The notes beneath the pieces were generated by a model. The model was not told the DNA's origin and searched no databases. It saw only the letters and a program-made list of their open reading frames with translations. From Mobula hypostoma (taxonomy: Eukaryota), in the NCBI RefSeq assembly GCF_963921235.1, contig NC_086097.1, forward strand, positions 242,484,001-242,548,000: a DNA stretch of 64,000 nt, given 5' to 3'. The position numbers and the translations under genes were made by a program. Within the stretch, counting starts at the first letter, position 1. Each line of letters starts with the position of its first letter. Below are positions 24,736 to 37,208 of this stretch, piece by piece.

Positions 24736-25696
24736 AATCAAAATATTATTCTCCGTAACTTCTGCCACCTCCAACGAGATCCCACCATTAAGCACATCTT
24801 TCCCTCCCCCCCCGCTTTCCGCAGGGATCGCTCCCTACGCGACTCCCTTGTCCATTCGTCCCCCCCATCCCTCCCCACTGATCTCCCTCCTGGCACTTAT
24901 CCTTGTAAGCGGAACAAGTGCTACACATGCCCTTACACTTCCTCCCTTACCACCATTCAGGGCCCCAAACAGTCCTTCCAGGTGAGGCGACACTTCACCT
25001 GTGAGTCGGCTGGGGTGATATAATGCGTCCGGTGCTCCCGATGTGGCCTACTATATATTGGCGAGACCTGACGCAGACTGGGAGACCGCTTTGCTGAACA
25101 CCTACGCTCTGTCCGCCAGAGAAAGCAGGATCTCCCAGTGGCCACACATTTTAATTCCACGTCCCATTCCCATTCTGATATGTCTATCCATGGCCTCCTC
25201 TACTGTAAAGATGAAGCCACACTCAGGTTGGAGGAACAACACCTTATATTCCGTCTGGGTAGCCTCCAACCTGATGGCATGAACATTAACTTCTCAAACT
25301 TCCGCTAATGCCCCACCTCCCCCTCGTACCCCATCTGTTATTTATTTATATACACACATTCTTTTTCTCTCTCACCTTTTTCTCCCTCTGTCCCTCTCAC
25401 TATACCCCTTGCCCATCCTCTGGGTTCCCCCCCCCTTGTCTTTCTCCTTAAGCCTCCTGTCCCATGATCCTCTCATATCCCTTTTGCCAATCACCTGTCC
25501 AGCTCTTGGCTCCATCACTCCCCCTCCTGTCTTCTCCTATCATTTTGGAATTCCCCCTCCCCCTCCCACTTTCAAATCTCTTATTAGCTCTTCCTTCAGT
25601 TAGTCCTGACGAAGGGTCTCGGCCCGAAACGTCAACTGAACCTCTTCCGAGAGATGCTGCCTGGCCTGCTGCATTCACCAGCAACTTTGATGTGTG
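24736..25696 (+). mobile_element. Best-preserved Penelope-like element 3' portion (GIY-YIG endonuclease + hammerhead tail)
   Basis: The reading frame runs PGTYPCKRNKCYTC..FTCESAGVI*CVRCSRCGLLYIGET*RRLGDRFAEHL..PVATHFN..EEQHLIFRLGSLQPDGMNINFSNFR* (ends 25308), with premature stops at 25021 and 25069. Confidence 0.92.
25601..25638 (+). ncRNA. Minimal type I hammerhead ribozyme (intact core)
   Basis: TAGTC-CTGACGA-A-GGG-TCTCGG-CCC-GAAA-C-GTC-AACTG. Predicted cleavage is 3' of 25633. One mismatch at the closing pair of stem I. Confidence 0.8.
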
Positions 25697-25898
25697 TAGC
25701 ATAATTAAAGACTCCTCCACCCCTTCCCCCTCCCCCACCCCCCCCCATCAGGCAGAAGATACCATATCCCACTAGGCTCAAGATCAGCTTCTACCCTGCT
25801 TTTTCAAGCTAATTGAATGTTTCCCTCATATGACAAGATGGACTCTTGACCTCACTGTGACCAGGCGTCATATTGTCGACCTGAACTACGCTTTAACT

Positions 25899-27398
25899 AC
25901 TCGTTAGATTCTGGACTAGTTCCTGAGGATTGGAGGGTGGCTAATGTAACCCCACTTTTTAAAAAAGGAGGGAGAGAGAAACCAGGGAATTATAGGCCGG
26001 TTAGCCTAACGTCGGTGGTGGGGAAACTGCTGGAGTCAGTTATCAAGGATGTGATAACAGCACATTTGGAAAGCGGTGAAATGATCGGACAAAGTCAGCA
26101 TGGATTTGTGAAAGGAAAATCATGTCTGACGAATCTCATAGAATTTTTTGAGGATGTAACCAGTAGAGTGGATAGGGGAGAACCAGTGGATGTGGTATAT
26201 TTGGATTTTCAAAAGGCTTTTGACAAGGTCGCACACAGGAGATTAGTGTGCAAACTTGAAGCACACGGTATTGGGGGTAAGGTATTGGTGTGGGTGGAGA
26301 ATTGGTTAGCAGACTGGAAGCAAAGAGTGGGAATAAACGGGACCTTTTCAGAATGGCAGGCGGTGACTAGTGGGGTACCGCAAGGCTCAGTGCTGGGACC
26401 CCAGTTGTTTACAATATATATTAATGACTTGGATGAGGGAATTAAATGCAGCATCTCCAAGTTTGCGGATGACACGAAGCTGGGTGGCAGTGTTAGCAGT
26501 GAGGAGGATGCTAAGAGGATGCAGGGTGACTTGGATAGGTTGGGTGAGTGGGCAAACTCATGGCAGATGCAATTTAATGTGGATAAATGTGAAGTTATCC
26601 ACTTTGGTGGCAAAAATAGGAAAACAGATTATTATCTGAATGGTGGCCGATTAGGAAAAGGGGAGGTGCAACGAGACCTGGGTGTCATTATACACCAGTC
26701 ATTGAAAGTGGGCATGCAGGTACAGCAGGCGGTGAAAAAGGCGAACGGTATGCTGGCATTTATAGCGAGAGGATTCGAGTACAGGAGCCGGGAGGTACTA
26801 CTGCAGTTGTACAAGGCCTTGGTGAGACCACACCTGGAGTATTGTGTGCAGTTTTGGTCCCCTAATCTGAGGAAAGACATCTTTGCCATAGAGGGAGTAC
26901 AAAGAAGGTTCACCAGATTGATTCCTGGGATGGCAGGTCTTTCATATGAAGAAAGACTGGATGAACTGGGCTTGTACTCGTTGGAATTTAGAAGATTGAG
27001 GGGGGATCTGATTGAAACGTATAAGATCCTAAAGGGATTGGACAGGCTAGATGCGGGAAGATTGTTCCCGATGTTGGGGAGGTCCAGAACAAGGGATCAC
27101 AGTTTGAGGATAGAGGGGAAGCCTTTTAGGACCGAGATTAGGAAAAACTTCTTCACACAGAGAGTGGTGAATCTGTGGAATTCTCTGCCACAGCAAACTG
27201 TTGAGGCCAGTTCATTGACTATGTTTAAGAGGGAGTTAGATATGGCCCTTGTGGCTACGGGGGTCAGGGGGTATGGAGGGAAGGCTGGGTTCTGAGTTGG
27301 ATGATCAGCCATGATCATAATAAATGGCGATGCAGGCTCGAAGGGCCGAATGGCCTACTCCTGCACCTATTTTCTATGTTTCTATGTTTCTATGTTTC
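25899..27398 (+). mobile_element. Young 5'-truncated CR1 LINE with uninterrupted RT frame
   Basis: ORF 25937-27295 (452 aa) has [19 protein letters not shown] and FADD. Tail (TTTCTATG)3. No APE domain because of the truncation. Confidence 0.97.
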
Positions 27399-28194
27399 TT
27401 GGTAACATTAACACTTTAATCTGCATTCTGCTATTGTTTTATCTTGTGCTACGTACCTCATTGCACTGTGTAACAATCTGATCTGTATGAACTGTACACA
27501 AGACAATCTCTTCACTGTACCTTTGTACACGAGATAATAATAAACGAATTGTTTTGGCAATCCGACCCTGATGAAAAGTTATCAAGTCAAGTTTATTACT
27601 ACGGGTACGAGTATGCTGAGGTACAACTACAAGGAAAAACATGCTTACAGAAGCATCACAGGCTGAGACAACATGTAAAATATAGATCTCAAGTAAGTTA
27701 TGTAAAATTTGGAGAAGAAAAGGATGCAAAACTTTAGAGTGTAAAAAAAATCAGGGACAAGTTCATAGAAGTCCGTGCTGAGGGAGGGTTAAGGTTGTGC
27801 AGTCTGGCTCATGAACCTGATGGTTATAGGAAAGTCGCTGTTCCTAAACCTGGAGGTGTAGAATTTCAGTCTTCAGTACTTCCTTCCTGACTGCAGCAGC
27901 CAAGAAGAGGGCATGGTGGGGGTCCTTGATGATAAATGGCGCCTTATTGTGGCAGCGTCTTCTGTAGATGCTGCCAATAGCGGAGCGATTGTGCCTGTGA
28001 TACACAGGGCTGCAGCCACTACTTTCTGCAGCCTCTTGCGTCCTTGAGCGTTGGAAATACAGTACTTAGCAATGATGCAACCAGTCAGGGCACTTCCAAA
28101 TGTGCATCGGTAATCTTTGTAGAATCATTATAAGCTTGATTTCCAGTAGAGTGACAGACTCTACTGCCGGTCTGACTACTGAAACACCCTGGAC

Positions 28195-28508
28195 CTCCAA
28201 GAGGACCATAACCTTGTTGTGGTTTGGAGGCTTGTGTGTCTCAATGACCCAAAGAGCTATGCTGACTGGAACCAGGACTCTATAATTTGCCTCTTGGTAG
28301 GGTCTCCCATGTCAAACAGGTCTAAAGGTCCACTGGTCCTCCAGGTTTGGGGGTACAGCTCAGGGCTATCAATCCTGACTGGTTAAAGAAAGCTGTTGTG
28401 GAAACAGCAATGAAGAATCCTACTACATCTATGTGTGGCAGGTACAGACAGAGATGGAGGACCTTCATTGCTGTCCCAAATGCACGTAGTGTATCTGGCA
28501 GTAAGTAA
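28195..28508 (+). mobile_element. RTE-like bipartite non-autonomous element (copy 1)
   Basis: ACCTTGTTGTGGTTTGGAGGCTTGTGTGTCTCAATGA..GAGCTATG resembles RTE/Bov-B-type 5' ends. It is joined to the 3' end AGATGGAGGACCTTCATTGCTG. Homologous to 50692-51097. Confidence 0.65.
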
Positions 28509-29109
28509 ATGCCCTGAAGTCAGTGAGGTTGCAGATACGAACTTTATCCAGATGTGCTACTGATTTGACAGGAACATCTCACTGGTCAAATGTTCTTAAT
28601 ATTCAAAGTTTAAAAGTTTGAAATCATTTTTTTTATCAAAGTACGAATATGTCACCATATACTACCCTGAAATCCATTTTCTTAGAACCATTCACAGTAG
28701 ATCAAAGACAATAGAATCAATGAAAACTACACACAAAGACTGACAAAAGACCATTATGCAAAAGGAGACAAACTGCAAATACAAAAAAGACAAGTAATAA
28801 ATAATAATTAATATATACATTGATAAAACTGAGAACATGAGTTGTAGAGTCCTTCAGAATGAGTCCGTGGGTTGTGTTCAATGATGTTTTCAGTGTTGAG
28901 GTGAATAAAGTTTCCCACGCCGGTTCTGGAGCCTGATAGCTGAAGGGTAAAAACTGCCCCTGAACCTGGTGGTGTGGGACCTAATGTTCCTGTATCTCCC
29001 CCCACATGGCAGCAGTGAGAGGAGATGGTGGGGGTCCTTGATGATGGGTCCTTTCTTGTGGCAGTGCTCCTTGCAGTCATGCTCAGTGGTGGGGAGGGCC
29101 TGTTTCACA

Positions 29110-29600
29110 TATTGATGCAATTAAGGAGAAGGCTCCCCAATGGCTATACTTCATTAGGAGTTTGAGCAGATTTGATATGTCACCAAAGACTTGAGCAAAA
29201 TTCTACAGATTTACGGTGGAGTGCATTCTGTCTGGTTGCATCACCGTCTGGTATGGGGGCGCCAATGCACTGGATCAAAAGAAGCTGCGGAGGATTGTAA
29301 ACTCAGGCATCTCCATCATAGGCACTAGCCTCCTCACCATAGAGGACATCTTGAAAAGGCAGTCCCTCAAGAAGGTGACCCTCACCGTCCAAGACATGTC
29401 TTCTTCTCATTATACAATTGGAGAGGAAGTCACACACTCAACAGTTTCCTCCCCCTTGAAAGCAGATTTCTGAATGTTCCATGAACCCACGAGCACTGTC
29501 TCATTTTGTTCTCTTTTATTTATTCTTTATAATTCGTCTTGTAACTGTAATAATTCTTTTCTATCTTGCACTGTACTGCTGTCACAAAACAACAATTTTC
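29110..29600 (+). mobile_element. Old Rex1/Babar-type 3' fragment
   Basis: ORF 29216-29473: ECILSGCITVWYG..DQKKLRRIVN. Confidence 0.7.
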
Positions 29601-29804
29601 ACAACAAAGTAGCACTCAAAATGCTGGAGGAGATCACCAGGTCAGGCAGCGCCTGTGGAAAGGAACAAAGAGTCGACATTTCAGGCTGAGACCCTTCATC
29701 AGGAAGTCATGGCCCAAAACGTTGACTCTTTATTCCTTTCCTCAGATACTGCCCGACCTGCTGAGTTCATCCAGCATTTTGTATGTATTGCTTCAGATTT
29801 CCAG
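29601..29804. mobile_element. Second fold-back mini-element of Penelope tails
   Basis: CAAAATGCTGGAGGA..CAGGTCAGGCAG / CTGCCCGACCTG..TCCAGCATTTTG inverted arms. Minus-strand hammerhead core at 29671-29703; partial plus-strand one at ~29711-29727. Confidence 0.8.
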
Positions 29805-29917
29805 CTGTAACTGTCTCAGGGACATGTTTCATTGAGATGTCTATTTTATATGTTTTTGTCATAAATTCATGATTATTTTATCACCTTAAAATATTTTATG
29901 TAAGGTTTATTTAATGC

Positions 29918-29974
29918 AGAGTTTAATGGGTCACATGACCAGAGTTGAATAGGTCACATGACCAGAGTTCAATG
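29918..29974. repeat. 23-bp tandem repeat x2.5, each full unit with GGTCACATGACC
   Basis: AGAGTTTAATGGGTCACATGACC / AGAGTTGAATAGGTCACATGACC / AGAGTTCAATG. Confidence 0.9.
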
Positions 29975-31681
29975 AAAGCATGACTGTGGCATTATGGGTC
30001 AGAACCAACATGGAAGCAGAGGAAGACACATGGCCCTAAATTAACCTTATTTTTCATGTGGTCCAAGAGGTGCACATGGTAATTGTTTTTCTTAATTTGT
30101 TTTATATAATGTTGTTGAGGTGTCTTTATATGAACAGTGTGGTACGTTTTAGTGATTTATTTGATTTCAGCACACTTCTGATGTGTTAACGTGTTTGGGC
30201 CTGTTTATTGGCGGACACTAGCTTGAGAGACTTTAACTGAGAGATATATGTTTCAAACTTTATGTCCTCTATTTTCTTGTAGTTTTCATGGTGTCTACTG
30301 GAGAAAGAGAGAGAGAGAAATAGAAATAAATCTTCAAGGACATCTGTATGTTGCGTGGGCATTATTTCATTGGACCGGTGCAGTTACACCAGCATCTGCA
30401 GAATCTTCTACATTTAAAATTGCACAACTTAGTTAGTAATAGTAAACCTGATACTGAGTGTGACAATTCTCTTTTCTTCACCAATATTCACGAAAGCTTT
30501 CCCAGACTCCATGGTTCAAGTTAATCAACTCAACACCAAATTCTTGTCTCAGCTGTTCGGAGCCTAATAATTGGCACCAGAAACCCATAAATACTTAGAT
30601 GATGCATGTGAGCAAGTGACAGGTTATGGAAGATAGTTAGTCGATGAACATGGAGGCATATACAGTAACTCATAAATGCACAAGGCAAGGGAGTCTTATG
30701 TCGGCTGAAAGGATTTGTTGTAAATCTTCACTTGTCCGAAGGGGACCAATAGATCAGTGTTCTTGTTAAGTTCCCTGAGAATATCTAATCAGACAGTCTC
30801 AGGTGAGTCCTGATGAATGGTCTCAGCCCAAAATGTCGACTGTTTCTTCCTCTCCATAAATGCTGCCTGACATGCTGAGTTGCTCCTATGTTTTGTGCGT
30901 GTTAGTCTGAAGTGAGATCAGTATTTGGAAGAGGCTCCACTTGGGAATACAGGAACAGTAAACCTGCTACTTGAGGACATAAATGGAAGAACTGGTTTTC
31001 TGAACTTGAGATGGCTCTCAGTCACATTGCTCATGCGTAAAAGTCCCGTGAAAGCGTGTATTTGTTTACATGCCCTGGCACTTTATTTTAAATGAATAAG
31101 TGCTTTTTTCAAGAGGGCTTGAATGAATAGAAGAGGAATACTTCATGGATCTGGTGCTTATAAAGCCTGAAGCTCAATTGGCAATACCTTATTATCTTAA
31201 AACTTGTTTTCCTTCGATGAGGGCGGAATAGACAAGGCCACATTTATTGTGGATTGTTTTCTATGCCAAGAATTAGGAAACATTTCTGGAAACATGAGTA
31301 TTTTTTCTTCTACAAGAGCCTTGTTGTTATCTTTTAGAAAATAGGCAAGGTCTACAGAAAGGCATTGAGTTTTATTTGTATCTGCAATGTACTGGGACTA
31401 TTTTAGCTCATTTTTCTCTCCTGAAGATGATGTGTTATGTGGTTGAGTGGCTGTAAAAAAAAAACCTTGAAGGCAAACCACACTTGGCCATACTTTACAG
31501 ATGAGGGTGAACACCAAGCACTGGACACCGATCTGATTCTGTCCATTCTTCAAGGGTGATGGCCTAAATATTGGTTTGAGGTTTGCCATTCAACCCAGAG
31601 TCAAATAAAACATCCAAAGGTCAGCCTCTTCAATCTTCAGCTCACTTTATTTTCTGTGAGGAACTTCGTTTGTGAAGTGGT

Positions 31682-34600
31682 AAGGACGGGTTACACTTGA
31701 ATCCTAGGGGGACCGATATCCTGGCAGGGAGATTAGCGGGGGCTACTGAGGTGACTTTAAACTAGGATGGTTGGAGGGTGGGAATCAAATTAAAGAGGCT
31801 AGGCGTGAGGAGGTTAGTTCACAACAGAGGGATGGAAACCAGTGCAGAGAGACAGAGGGGTGTGAAGTGAGGGTAGAAGCAAAAAGTACAAAGGAGAAAA
31901 GTAAAAGTGGCAGGCCGACAAATCCAGGGCAAGCATTAAAAAGGGCCACTTTTCAACATAATTGTATAAGGGCTAAGAGAGTTGTAAAAGAGCGCCTGAA
32001 GGCTTTATGTGTCAATGCAAGGAGCATTCGTAATAAGGTGGATGAATTGAAAGTGCAGATTGTTATTAATGATTATGATATAGTTGGGATCACAGAGACA
32101 TGGCTCCAGGGTGACCAGGTATGGGAGCTCAACGTTCAGGGATATTCAATATTCAGGAGGGATAGACATGAAGGAAGGGGAGGTGGGGTGGCGTTGCTGG
32201 TTAAAGAAGAGATTAACGCAATAGAAAGGAAGGACATAAGCCGGGAAGATGTGGAATCGATATGGGTAGAGCTGCGTAACACCAAGGGGCAGAAGACGCT
32301 GGTGGGAGTTGTGTACAGGCCACCTAACAGTAGTAGTGAGGTCGGAGATGGTATTAAACAGGAAATTAGAAATGTGTGCAATAAAGGAACAGCAGTTATA
32401 ATGGGTGACTTCAATCTACATGTAGACTAGGTGAACCAAATTGGTAAAGGTGCTGAGGAAGAGGATTTCTTGGAATGTATGCGGGATGGTTTTTTGAACC
32501 AACATGTCGAGGAACCAACCAGAGAGCAGGCTATTCTGGACTGGGTTTTGAGCAATGAGGAAGGGTTAATTAGCGATCTTGTCGTGAGAGGCCCCTTGGG
32601 TAAGAGTGACCATAATATGATGGAATTCTTCATTAAGATGGAGAGTGACATAGTTAATTCAGAAACAAAGGTTCTGAACTTAAAGAAGGGTAACTTTGAA
32701 GGTATGAGACGTGAATTAGCTAAGATAGACTGGCAAATGACACTTAAAGGATTGACGGTGGATATGCAATGGCAAGCATTTAAAGGTTGCATGGATGAAC
32801 TACAACAATTGTTCATCCCAGTTTGGCAAAAGAATAAATCAAGGAAGGTAGTGCACCCGTGGCTGACAAGAGAAATTAGGGATAGTATCAATTCCAAAGA
32901 AGAAGCATACAAATTAGCCAGAGAAAGTGGCTCACCTGAGGACTGGGAGAAATTCAGAGTTCAGCAGAGGAGGACAAAGGGCTTAATTAGGAAGGGGAAA
33001 AAAGATTATGAGAGAAAACTAGCAGGGAACATAAAAACGAACTGTAAAAGCTTTTATAGATATGTAAAAAGGAAAAGACTGGTAAAGACAAATGTAGGTC
33101 CCCTGCAGACAGAAACAGGTGAATTGATTATGGGGAGCAAGGACATGGCAGACCAATTGAATAATTACTTTGGTTCTGTCTTCACTAAGGAGGACATAAA
33201 TAATCTTCCAGAAATAGTAAGGGACAGAGGGTCCAGTGAGATGGAGGAACTGAGCGAAATACATGTTAGTAGGGAGTGGTGTTAGGTAAATTGAAGGGAT
33301 TGAAGGCAGATAAATCCCCAGGGCCAGATGGTCTGCATCCTAGAGTGCTTAAGGAAGTAGCCCAAGAAATAGTGGATGCATTAGTGATAACTTTTCAAAA
33401 CTCGTTAGATTCTGGACTGGTTCCTGAGGATTGGAGGGTGGCTAATGTAACCCCACTTTTTAAAAAAGGAGGGAGAGAGAAACCGGGGAATTATAGACCG
33501 GTTAGCCTAACGTCGGTGGTGGGGAAACTGCTGGAGTCAGTTATCAGGGATGTGATAACAGCACATTTGGAAAGTGGTGAAATGATCAGACAAAGTCAGC
33601 ATGGATTTGTGAAAGGAAAATCATGTCTGACAAATCTCATAGAATTTTTTGAGGATGTAACTAGTAGAGTGGATAGGGGAGAACCAGTGGATGTGGTATA
33701 TTTGGATTTTCAAAAGGCTTTTGACAAGGTCCCACACAGGAGATTAGTGTGCAAACTTAAAGCACACGGTATTGGAGGTAAGGTATTGGTGTGGGTGGAG
33801 AATTGGTTAGCAGACAGGAAGCAAAGAGTGGGAATAAACGGGACCTTTTCAGAATGGCAGGTGGTGACTAGTGGGGTACTGCAAGGCTCAGTGCTGGGAC
33901 CCCAGTTGTTTACAATATATATTAATGACTTGGATGAGGGAATTAAATGCAGCATCTCCAAGTTTGCGGATGACACGAAGCTGGGTGGCAGTGTTAGCAG
34001 TGAGGAGGATGCTAAGAGGGTGCAGGGTGACTTGCATAGGTTGGGTGAGTGGGCAAATTCATGGCAGATGCAATTTAATGTGGATAAATGTGAAGTTATC
34101 CACTTTGGTGGCAAAAATAGGAAAACAGATTATTATCTGAATGGTGGCCGATTAGGAAAAGGGGAGGTGCAACGAGACCTGGGTGTCATTATACACCAGT
34201 CATTGAAAGTGGGCATGCAGGTACAGCAGGCGGTGAAAAAAGCGAATGGTATGCTGGCATTTATAGCGAGAGGATTCGAGTACAGGAGCAGGGAGGTACT
34301 ACTGCAGTTGTACAAGGCCTTGGTGAGACCACACCTGGAGTATGTGTGTTGCCTGGAGTATTGTGTGCAGTTTTGGTCCCCTAATCTGAGGAAAGACATC
34401 CTTGCCATAGAGGGAGTACAAAGAAGGTTCACCAGATTGATTCCTGGGATGGCAGGTCTTTCATATGAAGAAAGACTGGATGAACTGGGCTTGTACTCGT
34501 TGGAATTTAGAAGATTGAGGGGGGATCTGATTGAAACGTATAAGATCCTAAAGGGATTGGACAGGCTAGATGCAGGAAGATTGTTCCCGATGTTGGGGAA

Positions 34601-34911
34601 GTCCAGAACGAGGGGCCACAGTTTGAGGATAGAGGGGAAGCCTTTTAGGACCGAGATTAGGAAAAACTTCTTCACACAGAGAGTGGTGAATCTGTGGAAT
34701 TCTCTGCCACAGGAAACTGTTGAGGCCAGTTCATTGGCTATATTTAAGAGGGAGTTAGATATGGCCCTTGTGGCTACGGGGGTCAGGGGGTATGGAGGGA
34801 AGGCTGGGGCGGGGTTCTGAGTTGGATGATCAGCCATGATCATAATAAATGGCGGTGCAGGCTCGAAGGGCCGAATGGCCTACTCCTGCACCTATTTTCT
34901 ATGTTTCTATG
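31682..34911 (+). mobile_element. Young CR1 LINE with end of ORF1 (esterase-like) and whole but disrupted ORF2 (APE + RT)
   Basis: KDGLHLNPRGTDILAGR at 31682 resembles the SGNH DxxH block. ORF2 has NARSIRNK, GITETWL, VYRPP, MGDFN, SDH and FADD. Lesions: TAG at 32428, frameshift ~33275, 18-bp insertion ~34344. Tail TTTCTATG. Confidence 0.97.
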
Positions 34912-35302
34912 AGAACATCACAAAACTTAAAATACACAACACATATAGTTAAACACAATATAAAATATTCACAATAGATATTAAATACTAAGATTTTATG
35001 CATGCAATTTAAGATACAAATACACATAATAAAACTGACTGCTTTTACTGTCAACGGTGTTATGCATACTAGATATTCAAAATTGGGTGTTGAGAAGGCA
35101 AATGGAGGAAGGCACAAAACTGGATAAGGCTCCTGGTGCTGATGAGCAGAGACCTGTAACGGCATCCAGATGGCATGAGGATGTAGCATGTGTGAAGTGT
35201 GTGTGTAATGTCCTCTACTATTTGTTGAGTCTTTATTGTCCATCTTTATGGATGCTGCTGAGTGATTCTTGTTCCTGGTCAAAGATTTTACCCAGAATAT
35301 AA

Positions 35303-36795
35303 TATAAACGGCAGTGTGGAGGTTCTGTGAGATCTTGGAGTCTGTGTTGATAGGACATTCAAAGCTGCTGTGCAGATTGACAGTGTTGTTAAGAAGGCGT
35401 GTGGTGTGTTATCATTCATCTACCATGGGATTGAGTTCAAGAGCCGTGAGGTAATGTTACACCTATATAAGACCTTGGTCAGACCCCACCTGGGGTACCG
35501 TGTTCAGCTGTGGTCACCTTACTACAGAAACTTCCACTTGTGTACAAGCAAGGATCTGGTCACTCCACTACTGGAAGGATGTGGATACTATGGAAAGAGG
35601 GCAGAGGAGATTTACGAGGATGTTGCATGGATTGGCGAGTGGTCCCAGCACAGATGCCTGTGGAAGACCACTAATTCCCGGCAGCCAACCGGAAAAGGCT
35701 CCTTTTATTCCCACTCTTTGCCAATCAGCCACTGCTTTACCCATGCAGTAAAACCATGGGCTCATCACTTGTTAAGCAGCCTTGTGTGTTGCACCTTGTC
35801 AAAAGCCTTCCGAAAATCCAAGTACACAACATCAACTGATTCTATCCTGCTTGTTATTTCTTCAATGAATTTCAATGGATTTGCCAGGCAAGATTTTCCC
35901 TTGAGGAAACCATGCTGACCATGACCTATTTTATCATGTGCTTCCAAGTACCCTGAGACCACATCCTTAATAATGGACTTCAACATCTTCCCAATCGTTG
36001 AGGTCAGAATAACTGGCCTGTAATTTCTCTGCCTTTGTCCCTTCTTGAAGTGTAAAATGACATTTACCATTTTCCAGTTCTCTGGAACCATACCAGAATC
36101 CATTCATTCTTGAAAAATCATTCCTATTTCCTCCACAGTCTGTTCAGCCACCTCTTTCAGAACTCTTGGGTGTTGACTATCTTGTCTAGGTGACTTACGT
36201 ACTTTCAGATCTTTCATTTTCCCTAGCAATTTCTTCCTAGTACTCTCTTCTGCCCCTTAACACACTCGAACTTGCAGTATCCTGCTACTATCTTCCACAG
36301 TGAAGACTGAAGCAAAATACGTATTCAGCTTGTCCACTATTTCCTTGTCCCCCATTACTACCTCTCTAGAGTCATCTTCTGGTGTTCTGGTATCTACTCT
36401 CGCCTTTCTTTTACTCTTCATGTATCTGAAGAAACTTCTGGTATTCTCTTTAATATTATTGACTAGCTGACCTTAATATCTTTTCCTTCTTTATGACTTT
36501 TTTGTTGCCTTCTGTTGGTTTTTAGAAGCTTCCCAGTTCTGTAACTTCCCACTAATTTTTGCTCTATTATATGCCCTCTCTTTTGCTTTTGTGTTGGCTT
36601 TGAATTCTCTTGTCAGCCACAGTTGCATCATCCTGTCTTTAGAATGCACCTTCTTCTTTGGGATGTACCTATCCTGTGCCTTCCGAATTGCTCCCAGAAC
36701 CTCCAGCCACTGATGCTCTATGATATCCCTGCGAATGTTCCCTTCCAAACAAATTTGGCCAGCTCCTCTCTCATGCCTCTGTAATTCCCTTTACT
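35303..36795. mobile_element. Two old CR1 fragments in convergent orientation (+ 35303-35637; - 35640-36795)
   Basis: ORF 35370 (+) has LYKTLVRPHL. ORFs 35568-36103 (-) have NYRPVILTS, YLDFRKAFDKV and GLPQASVLGP. Confidence 0.8.
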
Positions 36796-36920
36796 TAGGA
36801 AAGACATTATCCTACAAGAGTAAGAAATCCTCCACGACGATTAAATCTTTAGGTCTAAATGGGATCACTTAAAATATACTATGCTGTGGATTTCTATATG
36901 ATAGTTGTATTATATTGTCT

Positions 36921-36968
36921 AGTGTGTGTGGTGTGTGTGTGTGTGGTGTGTGTGTGTGTGTGTTGTGA
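36921..36968. repeat. (TG)n microsatellite, imperfect
   Basis: Visible TG run with GG interruptions. Confidence 0.9.
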
Positions 36969-37208
36969 TGTTTTCTGTATTAATTTGCTGGTTCCAGCTC
37001 AGCAGGGAGGAGTGTCGTTTATTTAATAATGTTGATACTTTATTGATCCCACATGAGGAATTCTTTCATTTCAGCAGCAACAATTAAAAACATAACTAAG
37101 CAGTGTGCAGACATAACTAATAATAAAGTACAGAATGACAATGTACACAATATAAATGCACCAACGTGTAATAATAATGTACAATAATAAAGCAGAGACT
37201 ATTGTACT

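Noticed and set aside
25937..27295. Standalone RT gene (retron/DGR-like or domesticated)
   Set aside because: It is a 5'-truncated copy nearly identical to four other CR1 copies and has the LINE tail. The open frame reflects its young age.
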